This document shows, in pieces, positions 6,968 to 14,959 of a DNA stretch of 64,000 nt. The notes under the pieces are model-generated. The model did no database searches. It had not been told where the DNA came from and worked only from the letters and a program-made list of their open reading frames with translations. Within the stretch, counting starts at the first letter, position 1. Every line of letters starts with the position of its first letter. This DNA comes from an uncultured Oscillospiraceae bacterium (lineage in GTDB: Bacteria > Bacillota > Clostridia > Oscillospirales > Oscillospiraceae). The translations under genes were made by a program, and so were the position numbers. Location of the stretch: contig CAJOIU010000006.1 of the NCBI GenBank assembly GCA_905234855.1, positions 1,893 through 65,892 of the forward strand, in the 5' to 3' direction.

Positions 6968-9061
6968 TCAGCCGATCATGGAATCCGCCAGCGCGCCGAT
7001 GGCGCCGCTGCCGTCCACGAGCGTAACGGTGCCGGTGGCCTCGTCATAGCTCAGCTCTGCGCCCAGCGCGTCCAGCAGGCCGCCCAGCGAGATCTTGAGC
7101 TTGCCGTCTTCCACATAGGTCTCGATGCCGAGGGAGGCAAGCTGATCGCTGCCGATGGTGATCACATTACTCGCCGAGCCGTCCTCCACGAGGATCACGA
7201 CGCCGGAATACGTCACGCCCGGCTCAAAGGCCTCGATGCGGGTGCCGGAGGCGATATCATAGCCCGCCGCGTCGCCGCTCATGGCGCAGTCCACATAGAT
7301 CGCGAGGCTCTTGCCTGCCGGCGCCTGCACGACCGCGCCATCCGCCATCGAGAAGCTGTAGAGGTTCGAATCGCCCGTCACGTTCCATACCGAGGCTGCG
7401 TCCATCGCCATGCGCACGCCCCAGACGGTCTCGTAACTGTCGTTATAGATAAAGCTCGCCTTGACGGTCTCCTCGTCGGTCTCGGAGATATCGACCCCCG
7501 CCGCCGCCAGCGCCGCCATGTCAATGGTCTCATACTTGGCGTTCCAGCTCGCGCAGGTGCCGGAAACGACCGCGCCGTTCAGCTCCGCGTTTTCAAGGTT
7601 CAGCACCATCTTGCGCATATAGTCGTCGTGGATCACGTCGCCGTTTACGGTCATGTTTTGGAAATCGACCTCGTCGCCGATATACTCCGCGCCGTCCACG
7701 GGATAGATGCCGCTCGCCATGGCGTCATACACGAACGCGGTGCGGACGGCGACGCCGGTGCGGCTGCGAAGATCGCAGTTATCGAACACGAGCTTGCCGC
7801 TGTGGCATTTGAGGAGCGCCGCCGCGCCCGCCAGATCCTTCCATTGCAGATAGCTCACCGCGCCACGGGCGGCATACGCCGCGGCCGCGTCCATATCCGC
7901 GAGCTTCTGTCCCTCGGCAAACACTACGTCGTCCTCCTCGGTGGAGATGACGGAGTTCGAAATATACGCCTGCGCCTGACTGTCCGCGCCGGACATATCG
8001 GCATGCATCATGACCGCGGCATAGCCCCCGGCAATGATGCTCGTGCCGTCCTCGGTGGCGGTGGGCGTCATCAGCTCGCCCGCGCCGTCATACCGGGCAG
8101 CCAGCTCCGCGGGCGTATCCGCCAGCCCGCCGACGTACAGCACGGCGGTGCGGCATACGGTGACGCCGGTATCGCCCGCGATATCGCGGATGCCGTAGAA
8201 ATACGCGGTACAGCCCGCGGCGTCGTATACGCCGTAGCCGCTTAGGCCGTTGGAGTTCACCACGGAATCCACCACATACATGGTGGCGGAGGTGTTATCG
8301 AAGCTCAAAGCGCCCCAAGAATCGGTGATCGCGGTGCTTTTGAGAACATACACGTCGCCGCCCATGAGGAGCGTCGCCCGGGTGGAATAGTTGCGCAGGA
8401 AGCTGTCCACAAGGATGAGATCGCCCTTCTGGGAGACGTTTTTATCCCGGGTGCTGGCGGGGATATGCACGCAGGGACGGCTCGTGCCGGTGGCCGCGAC
8501 ATAGACGTTGTTCAGCTCCACGGCGGAGCCGTTGAAGGCAAGGCCGACGCCCGGGGCGGTCTCCGTCACCCGGCCGGCCAGCTCCTCGTCCTCAGCCGTA
8601 TCCATGATGATGACGGTGTTGTATTTCTCGCCGTTCGGCGCGTCATAGAGCTCCTCCGTGCCGCCGAGGAAAAACGGGGTCTCCGTATCGGTGCGGGAGT
8701 TTATGACGATGCCGGAATTGCCCACGGCATTTTCCTCATCCCAGCTTTCCGCGCCGCAGTAGAGATAGATGCCGCCCAGCGCATACGGCTCACCCGAGGC
8801 GGGCGCGGTGATATCGCCCTGCGTGATGAAGTTATAATCCTCCGTCACGTTCCGGGAGACGGTATAGCCCTCGTCGCCGTAATCGAAATACACGGCGGCA
8901 CGGGTGCCGAGGATATCCACCGCCTTGGTGGAGTTATCGGGTGGCGCGCTCGTGGCGCGGCCGCCCATGGAGGTGTCCGGCATGTCGGAGGACGCGAACG
9001 CTCCCAGCGTCAGCACCATGCACAGCGCTACGATCAGCGCCAGCGTTTTGATGGCTTTCAT
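6968..9061 (-). CDS. secreted beta-helix-like surface protein (paralogue 1) with a copper-amine-oxidase-N-like C-terminal domain
   Basis: Signal peptide MKAIKTLALIVALCMVLTLGAFA and RBS AGGAAGGAG. Shares modules with 11141-12895 and 57140-59299 (SWGALSFD, GDVIHDDY, VWNVTGDS). The C-terminal LLDALGAELSYDEATGTVTL resembles the Cu_amine_oxidN1 stalk. Confidence 0.8.
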   Translation of the reverse strand: MKAIKTLALIVALCMVLTLGAFASSDMPDTSMGGRATSAPPDNSTKAVDILGTRAAVYFDYGDEGYTVSRNVTEDYNFITQGDITAPASGEPYALGGIYLYCGAESWDEENAVGNSGIVINSRTDTETPFFLGGTEELYDAPNGEKYNTVIIMDTAEDEELAGRVTETAPGVGLAFNGSAVELNNVYVAATGTSRPCVHIPASTRDKNVSQKGDLILVDSFLRNYSTRATLLMGGDVYVLKSTAITDSWGALSFDNTSATMYVVDSVVNSNGLSGYGVYDAAGCTAYFYGIRDIAGDTGVTVCRTAVLYVGGLADTPAELAARYDGAGELMTPTATEDGTSIIAGGYAAVMMHADMSGADSQAQAYISNSVISTEEDDVVFAEGQKLADMDAAAAYAARGAVSYLQWKDLAGAAALLKCHSGKLVFDNCDLRSRTGVAVRTAFVYDAMASGIYPVDGAEYIGDEVDFQNMTVNGDVIHDDYMRKMVLNLENAELNGAVVSGTCASWNAKYETIDMAALAAAGVDISETDEETVKASFIYNDSYETVWGVRMAMDAASVWNVTGDSNLYSFSMADGAVVQAPAGKSLAIYVDCAMSGDAAGYDIASGTRIEAFEPGVTYSGVVILVEDGSASNVITIGSDQLASLGIETYVEDGKLKISLGGLLDALGAELSYDEATGTVTLVDGSGAIGALADSMIG

Positions 9062-9113
9062 ACGATTCTCCTTCCTCTTTTTGATGATGATAAAAAAATA
9101 TCATTACGTTAAC

Positions 9114-9141
9114 ATTATACTGAAATTATCCCGAATTACAA
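9114..9141 (-). promoter_or_regulatory. promoter of paralogue 1
   Basis: Minus strand: TTGTAA, 16 nt, TATAAT. Confidence 0.45.
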
Positions 9142-9153
9142 TCCCCAATTTCG

Positions 9154-9182
9154 TTGACAAGAACCACCGTATGTTTTAGAAT
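9154..9182 (+). promoter_or_regulatory. promoter of the Cthe_2159-like gene (possible leaderless transcript)
   Basis: TTGACA, 17 nt, TAGAAT. Only 6 nt separate the -10 from the ATG at 9189, and no Shine-Dalgarno sequence is present. Confidence 0.55.
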
Positions 9183-9188
9183 GCAAGC

Positions 9189-11045
9189 ATGAATATGAAA
9201 GAATCGTTATTTCTCCCGCTGCTGGCCACCGCGGTTCTGCTGGCGGGATGCGCTGCCCAGCCTGCGGCGGAGGAACCCGCATCCGAATCGGAAATCGCGG
9301 CGATCCTTCCTGTCGCAGAAAGCGCAGCGCCGCAGCAGCTCCGGCTGAACGTCCCCGATGCGTCCGTTTCCGGCATCGTCTATGCCGACGGCGGATTTAC
9401 CGTGCAGAGCGCGGGAGCCTATGTGGTGTCCGGCGCGCTGGAGGGGCGGCTCACCGTGGACGCGGACGGGCCGGTGGAGCTGATCCTTGAGGGCGCGGAG
9501 ATCACAGGTCCCGAGGCGATATGCATCCTCTCGGACGATCCCGTGACCATCACAGCGGACAAGCATACGGTGAACACGATCCGCGACGGCGCGGCGGAGC
9601 CGGACGAGAACGCGAGCGCTGCCATCTATTCCAAAGCGCCGCTCATCCTCCGGGGCGATGGCAGCCTCCGGGTGGAGGCGGGCGCCAACAACGGCATCCA
9701 GTCGAGATCCGATCTCACCGTGGAGGGCGGCGATATCGCCGTCACGGCTGCCAAGAACGCCCTCAAGGCCAAGGGCGACCTCACCGTGTCCGGCGGCGCC
9801 TTATCCCTTACGAGCGGCGGCGACGGCCTCGCGGCGGAGAATCCCCGGCTGAACGCCGGCTCCGTAGCCGTTTCGGGCGGCGATATCGTGATAACGGCCG
9901 GAGGCCGGGGCATTGACGCCGAGGGCATGGCGCGCGTCACCGGCGGCTCCCTCTCCGTCACCTCCGCCAACGACGCCATCCGCGGCGACACTGTGGATAT
10001 CTCCGGCGGCACTCTTTCCCTCACGGCGGAGTGCGACGGTATCCAAGCGGAAACGCTCCTTTCCGTCAGCGGCGGCGAGATTGCCGTCGTGACCGCGGGC
10101 GGAGGAGGCGGCGCCATCAACAAAAGCGGCGACAATTTCGGACCCATGGGCGGCTGGGGACAGGAGACCGAGCTGGAAAACAGCGCCAAGGGTCTCAAAT
10201 GCGCCGGGAATATCGCGGTCTCCGGCGGCGTCATCGACCTGAACACAGCGGACGACGCCGTTCACGCGGGCGTCCTCTGCTCCATCGACGGCGGCGAGCT
10301 CAATATCTGCGCCTCCGACGACGCCCTGCACGCGGACGATATGCTGGTCATCAACGACGGTTTCGTGAATATCACCGACTGCTTCGAGGGTCTGGAAGCC
10401 TTTGCCATCGAGGTAAACGGAGGCACCGTCGTCATCCGCGCCGTGAACGACGGCATCAACGCGAACGGCTCTGAGATGATGGGATGGGGACGCTCCTCCG
10501 AGGAGGCGGAGATCACGTCCCTCAGCGGCGCGGCCACCACCTACTACCTCCAGACCGGCGGCACCGTCGATCTCGTTGTGACCGGGAGCTGGAACAACGT
10601 GGGCGACGGCATCGACTCGAACGGCTATGTCTATATCACCGGTGGCGTCCTCACCGTATCCACCTTCGGCAACACGCAGGAGGGCGGCATCGACACCGGG
10701 CGCGACGGCCCCGTCGTCACCGGCGGCATGGTCATGGCCGGCGGCGCCTCCATGATGCAGGAGAGCTGGTCGAGCGAATCCACCCAATGCTGCGCTGTTC
10801 TCTCCGTCGATCTGCAGCCCGGCGGCACCCCCGTCACCATCTACGACGCGGACGGCAACGAGATCTGGTCGGTCACGCTCGCAAACACCTTCAACTGCCT
10901 CACCCTCTCCCACCCCGCCATGACCGTCGGCAACGTCTATACCGTCGATTACGGCGGAGGAACCGAGACGCTGGACTTCACCTCCACCAACATTATCCGC
11001 ACCGGCGGCTGGGGCATGGGCGGCTTCGGCTTCCGTCCCTTCTGA
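9189..11045 (+). CDS. lipoprotein, Cthe_2159-type carbohydrate-binding beta-helix family
   Basis: LLAGC lipobox. Many iterations of (V/I)xGGx(I/L)x(V/I)xAxxDG(I/L) are typical of the PF14262-like beta-helix family. Confidence 0.7.
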   Translation: MNMKESLFLPLLATAVLLAGCAAQPAAEEPASESEIAAILPVAESAAPQQLRLNVPDASVSGIVYADGGFTVQSAGAYVVSGALEGRLTVDADGPVELILEGAEITGPEAICILSDDPVTITADKHTVNTIRDGAAEPDENASAAIYSKAPLILRGDGSLRVEAGANNGIQSRSDLTVEGGDIAVTAAKNALKAKGDLTVSGGALSLTSGGDGLAAENPRLNAGSVAVSGGDIVITAGGRGIDAEGMARVTGGSLSVTSANDAIRGDTVDISGGTLSLTAECDGIQAETLLSVSGGEIAVVTAGGGGGAINKSGDNFGPMGGWGQETELENSAKGLKCAGNIAVSGGVIDLNTADDAVHAGVLCSIDGGELNICASDDALHADDMLVINDGFVNITDCFEGLEAFAIEVNGGTVVIRAVNDGINANGSEMMGWGRSSEEAEITSLSGAATTYYLQTGGTVDLVVTGSWNNVGDGIDSNGYVYITGGVLTVSTFGNTQEGGIDTGRDGPVVTGGMVMAGGASMMQESWSSESTQCCAVLSVDLQPGGTPVTIYDADGNEIWSVTLANTFNCLTLSHPAMTVGNVYTVDYGGGTETLDFTSTNIIRTGGWGMGGFGFRPF

Positions 11046-11054
11046 AAGAATATC

Positions 11055-11092
11055 GGCCGTTTTCATCGTTACGATTGAAAACGGCCTTTTTT
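11055..11092 (+). terminator. intrinsic terminator
   Basis: ggccgttttca / tgaaaacggcc stem followed by T6. Confidence 0.85.
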
Positions 11093-11103
11093 CATGCTAT
11101 ACT
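11075..11103 (+). promoter_or_regulatory. promoter of paralogue 2, overlapping the terminator
   Basis: TTGAAA, 17 nt, TGcTATACT (extended -10). Confidence 0.45.
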
Positions 11104-11140
11104 TGTGAAAGAATTAATAATCATTAAGAGGAGGTTTCTT

Positions 11141-12895
11141 ATGAAAAAGCTATTGGCTATCCTGATGGCGCTGACCTTGGCGCTCAGCCTCGGCGTTTCG
11201 GGCTTTGCCTCCGGCGAGGCGTCCGGCGACGCTTCCGCAGCGGCGGAAGACACCGGCCCCAAGGCGGCTTTCGTCTTCGGCGATGATGGCGAGGATACCG
11301 AAAACGAGCAGACCGAAAACTATGAAATCACCTTCTTTGAGGGCGGCGGCAAGGACGATGCGGGCATCCGCGGCTTCTTCTTCCGCTCCGACAGCTCGGA
11401 CGCGGCGTTCCTGTATTCCGAGCCCCGGGAAAATCCCATTGACTTCACCGTCGGCGGCGACGCAGCCAACTATGACCTGAGCACCTATCCCGGCTCGGAG
11501 ACCGCTGTGGCGTTTCTGAAAACCGTCGGCGTGGATACCGCCGACTCCGTCATCATCCTCGGAGACGATGAAAACGCAGATGCCTGCCCGCCCGTCCTCT
11601 CCGCGAAGGGCGTGACGGACCTCACCGTCGAGGGCACTGTGATCCTCGCGGTAGGCGCGGCGCGCAGCGCCTTCTATTCCGATGTCTCCGGCGGCAGCAC
11701 CGTTCCCGGCCCGGGCGCCATGGGTGGCGCGCAGGGGATGGAAACCCCTGTGGTGATCGTTTCCAACTCCCTGCTGGAAACCACCGGCGGCGGTGACATC
11801 GGCGGCGAGATCTCCGTCGGCAATTCCGGCGGCCGCGCCCGGGGCGTACAGCCGCAGGGAAAGAGCGTCACCTATCTCTATAACTCCGCCATCGTGTCCC
11901 GCACATGGGGCGCATGGAGCACCGACTCCGCCCGGCAGGGCTTGGATTTCCTCGCCTGGCGAAGCCTCGGCCTGAGCCAAGGCGGCTATGGCGCTTATGC
12001 CGACACGAGCTGCCATGTCTTCCTCTACGGCAGCACCCTCATGGGCAGCTCCGACGGTGTGGTGGCCTCGAATAACGGCGAGGTATACGCCACCTCCAGC
12101 GACGATACGACGAACACCACCGAGCTTCGCGCCTTCATGGGCCGCACCTCGAACCCCCGGGATTTGAGCTGGGAGGATCATCCCGCTTCCGGCGAACCGA
12201 TGGACAGCGTCATCTCCGGCGGCCAGACCGCCGTGCAGTTCCATATGCCCGACATGGGTCACTCCGGCGCGCGCAACCAGACGCAGGGCACCCTTTATAT
12301 GAAGGGCGGAACGCTCCTCACGGACGAGAGTCTCATCAAGGGGGGCTTCGACGGGATCGCTGCCTATAACCAGCGCTACGCCGGAGCATGTCTCGTGACG
12401 AAATCCGCCAACGCCTATATCCTCCTGTCCGGCACCGCCATGGATAGCTGGAACGGCGTTCTGATCCACACGATGATAAACTCCGATTCGAACGTCAACA
12501 GCATCGCCGACGGCGACGAGACCGTCGGCAGCACGGTCATTTTCCAAGACATGGACGTGACCGGCGATATCGTCCACGACGACTATCAGCGCGAGCTGTA
12601 TCTGACCCTCGACAATACCACCCTCACCGGCGCGGTCTTCTGCAACACCTGCGAGGATTGGAACGCCCTGTGCGAGGCATCGTTCGACGGCAATTATATC
12701 CTCGATCCCGACGGCTACGATACTTGGTGGGGCGTGACCCTCGATCTCACGAACGGCGCCGTCTGGAACGTGACGGAGACCTCCGTGGTCACCGATCTCA
12801 TCATAAATGACGGCTGCGTCGTAAACGGCGTCATCTCCGAGAACCCCGACGGCACCCTCACCGTGGCTCCCCTTGCCTCCGGCGAGGCGTCCTGA
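11141..12895 (+). CDS. secreted beta-helix-like surface protein (paralogue 2)
   Basis: ATG 8 nt after GAGGAGG. Signal peptide MKKLLAILMALTLALSLGVSGFA. Shares TWGAWSTD, GDIVHDDYQRELYL and AVWNVTETS with the other paralogues. Confidence 0.8.
   Translation: MKKLLAILMALTLALSLGVSGFASGEASGDASAAAEDTGPKAAFVFGDDGEDTENEQTENYEITFFEGGGKDDAGIRGFFFRSDSSDAAFLYSEPRENPIDFTVGGDAANYDLSTYPGSETAVAFLKTVGVDTADSVIILGDDENADACPPVLSAKGVTDLTVEGTVILAVGAARSAFYSDVSGGSTVPGPGAMGGAQGMETPVVIVSNSLLETTGGGDIGGEISVGNSGGRARGVQPQGKSVTYLYNSAIVSRTWGAWSTDSARQGLDFLAWRSLGLSQGGYGAYADTSCHVFLYGSTLMGSSDGVVASNNGEVYATSSDDTTNTTELRAFMGRTSNPRDLSWEDHPASGEPMDSVISGGQTAVQFHMPDMGHSGARNQTQGTLYMKGGTLLTDESLIKGGFDGIAAYNQRYAGACLVTKSANAYILLSGTAMDSWNGVLIHTMINSDSNVNSIADGDETVGSTVIFQDMDVTGDIVHDDYQRELYLTLDNTTLTGAVFCNTCEDWNALCEASFDGNYILDPDGYDTWWGVTLDLTNGAVWNVTETSVVTDLIINDGCVVNGVISENPDGTLTVAPLASGEAS
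11205..11224 (+). repeat. 20-nt exact direct repeat, copy 1 (TTGCCTCCGGCGAGGCGTCC)
   Basis: Identical to 12873-12892 and in the same reading frame. Encodes (F)ASGEAS at the predicted signal-peptidase site. Confidence 0.95.
12873..12892 (+). repeat. 20-nt exact direct repeat, copy 2
   Basis: Identical to 11205-11224. Encodes (L)ASGEAS immediately before the stop codon. Confidence 0.95.
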
Positions 12896-12920
12896 TCCGC
12901 ACCGACTTCCCATACCACGG

Positions 12921-12962
12921 CCGCGCCCGCGGAACGCTTCGGCGTCCTGCGGGCGCGGTTTT
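12921..12962 (+). terminator. intrinsic terminator
   Basis: ccgcgcccgc / gcgggcgcgg stem followed by TTTT. Confidence 0.75.
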
Positions 12963-13030
12963 CACCAAAATAAATCGTTATCTTTCGAATAAAAACAGCT
13001 AATATATGGTAAAGTTGTGCAGTTTATCCC

Positions 13031-13059
13031 TTGTGCATACGATATTATCATGTTATAAT
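13031..13059 (+). promoter_or_regulatory. promoter of the hydrogenase operon
   Basis: TTGTGC, 17 nt, TGtTATAAT (extended -10), within an AT-rich spacer. Confidence 0.6.
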
Positions 13060-13126
13060 GACGAATACACAGTTTAACGTGTGGTAGTGTGTCTAAAAAA
13101 ATGTTAGATAGGAGAGTGAGAGCGGC

Positions 13127-14959
13127 TTGAGCAGACTGAGAATTTACACCCCGGATAAGTCGCAGGCCATCGTAGACAACCTCTATGAAAACCTGCAGCA
13201 CCGCATCGAGGTAGCGCCGCAGGGCAACTGTCCCGTGGAGCTGACGGATGCGTTCCTGCGGCTGTGCCTTGCGCAGAGCTGCGGCAAATGCGTTCCCTGC
13301 CGTGTCGGATTGACGCAGCTTTCCGCCCTTGTGGAAAAGATCCTCGAAGGCGAAGGCACCGCGCAGGACATGATGATCCTCGAAAAGGCCTCCCATGCCA
13401 TCGTGGACTCCTCCGACTGCGCCATCGGACGCGAGGCGGCCCGCACCGTGCTGGAGTGCCTGAAGGGCTTCCGGGACGACTTTATGTCCCATCTGAACAC
13501 CGGGCGCTGCATGTCCAGCTTCTCGGCGGTGCCGTGCGTTTCCTTCTGCCCGGCGCATGTGGATATCCCCGGCTACATAGCCCTTGTGCGGGCGGGACGC
13601 TATGCGGACGCGGTGCGCCTCATCCGCGAGGATAACCCCTTCCCCAGCGTTTGCGGCCTCATCTGCGAGCATCCCTGCGAAAACCATTGCCGCCGGAATA
13701 TCATGGACGCCTCTGTGAATATCCGCGGTCTCAAGCGCGTCGCCGTAGAGCGCGCAGGCCATGTGGACGCGCCGAAATGCGCGCCGCCCACGGGCAAGAC
13801 CGTGGCCGTCATCGGCGGCGGTCCCACCGGCCTCACCGCCGCGTATTATCTCGCGCTGATGGGACATTCCGTCACCGTTTACGAGCGGCGGAAGAAATTC
13901 GGCGGCATGCTGCGCTACGGCATCCCGCGCTACCGCCTGCCGGCAAAGTTCCTCGACGAGGACATAAACGTCATCCTCTCCACCGGCATCGAGGCTCATA
14001 CGAATGTCGAGATCGGCAAGGATATCAGCTTCAGCGAGATCCAAGAGAAATTCGACGGCGTGTATATCGCCATCGGCGCCCACTCCTATAAAAAGCTCAA
14101 CATCCCCGGGGAGGACGCGAAGAACGTCATGTCCGCCGTGGAGCTGCTGGGCGCGATGGGGGACGAGGAGCCGATGGACATGACCGGCAAGAACGTCGTC
14201 GTCATCGGCGGCGGCAACGTGGCGATGGACGCGAGCCGCACGGCGCTCCGCCTCGGCGCGAAGAGCGTGAAGGTCGTGTATCGCCGCCGTCAGTCCGATA
14301 TGACCGCGCTGGCGGCCGAGATCACCGGCGCGATCGCCGAGGGCGTGGAGCTCGTGACCCTGCAGGCTCCCGTGGCCATCCTCACCGACGAGAGCGGCGC
14401 CGCCCGCGCCGTGCAGGTGAAGCCCCAGATCCCCGGCGCGTATAAGGGCGGCCGCCCCACGCCGATGAACGCCGATCTGCCCGAAGAGGAGATCCCCGCC
14501 GATATCGTCGTCGTCGCCATCGGTCAGGCCATTGAGTTCGGCCACTTTGCCGAGGCCGGCATCGCCGCCTCCCGGGGCGGCACCCTGCAGGCGGATACCT
14601 CCGGCGCCGTGGCAGGCGCTAACGGCATTTATGCCGGCGGCGACTGCGCCTCCGGCCCCGCCACGGTCATCAAGGCCATCGAGGCCGGCAAGACCGCCGC
14701 TGCCAACATCGACGAATACTTCGGCCTGCACAGCGAGATCGCCTTCGACGTCGATATCCCGCAGGCTCTCTCGAAGGTGCGCGGCGCCTCCGGCCGCTGC
14801 AACATGACCGACCGCCCCGCGGCCGAGCGTGTGCATGATTTTGACCTCATCGAATACTGCATGACCGACGAGCAGGCGCATCAGGAATGCACGCGCTGCC
14901 TGCGCTGTGACCATTTCGGCTACGGCTCGTTCCGCGGAGGGAGGAAAGAGGCATGGTAA
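13127..14959 (+). CDS. NuoF-C-terminal (4Fe-4S) domain fused to a GltD-like NAD(P)H flavin oxidoreductase; hydrogenase partner subunit
   Basis: TTG start after GGAGAG. SCGKCVPCRVG is the NuoF-type N3 cluster motif. The FCPAHVDIPGYI...CEHPCENHCRR cluster region and VAVIGGGPTGLTAAYYL...GIPRYRLP are GltD-like. The stop overlaps the hydA start (ATGGTAA). Confidence 0.85.
   Translation: MSRLRIYTPDKSQAIVDNLYENLQHRIEVAPQGNCPVELTDAFLRLCLAQSCGKCVPCRVGLTQLSALVEKILEGEGTAQDMMILEKASHAIVDSSDCAIGREAARTVLECLKGFRDDFMSHLNTGRCMSSFSAVPCVSFCPAHVDIPGYIALVRAGRYADAVRLIREDNPFPSVCGLICEHPCENHCRRNIMDASVNIRGLKRVAVERAGHVDAPKCAPPTGKTVAVIGGGPTGLTAAYYLALMGHSVTVYERRKKFGGMLRYGIPRYRLPAKFLDEDINVILSTGIEAHTNVEIGKDISFSEIQEKFDGVYIAIGAHSYKKLNIPGEDAKNVMSAVELLGAMGDEEPMDMTGKNVVVIGGGNVAMDASRTALRLGAKSVKVVYRRRQSDMTALAAEITGAIAEGVELVTLQAPVAILTDESGAARAVQVKPQIPGAYKGGRPTPMNADLPEEEIPADIVVVAIGQAIEFGHFAEAGIAASRGGTLQADTSGAVAGANGIYAGGDCASGPATVIKAIEAGKTAAANIDEYFGLHSEIAFDVDIPQALSKVRGASGRCNMTDRPAAERVHDFDLIEYCMTDEQAHQECTRCLRCDHFGYGSFRGGRKEAW

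Noticed and set aside
10484-11140. N-terminal 219-codon extension of ORF 10484-12895
   Set aside because: The extension overlaps the 3' end of the preceding gene in another frame and reads straight through a strong terminator (11055-11092). The ATG at 11141 has a GAGGAGG RBS and begins a signal peptide.
13013-13037. Direct repeat TTGTGCA...TTGTGCA in the hydrogenase promoter as a regulator site, or a Rex box
   Set aside because: The second copy is simply the -35 hexamer. No TTAACAA-type half-site or dyad is present, so there is too little evidence.
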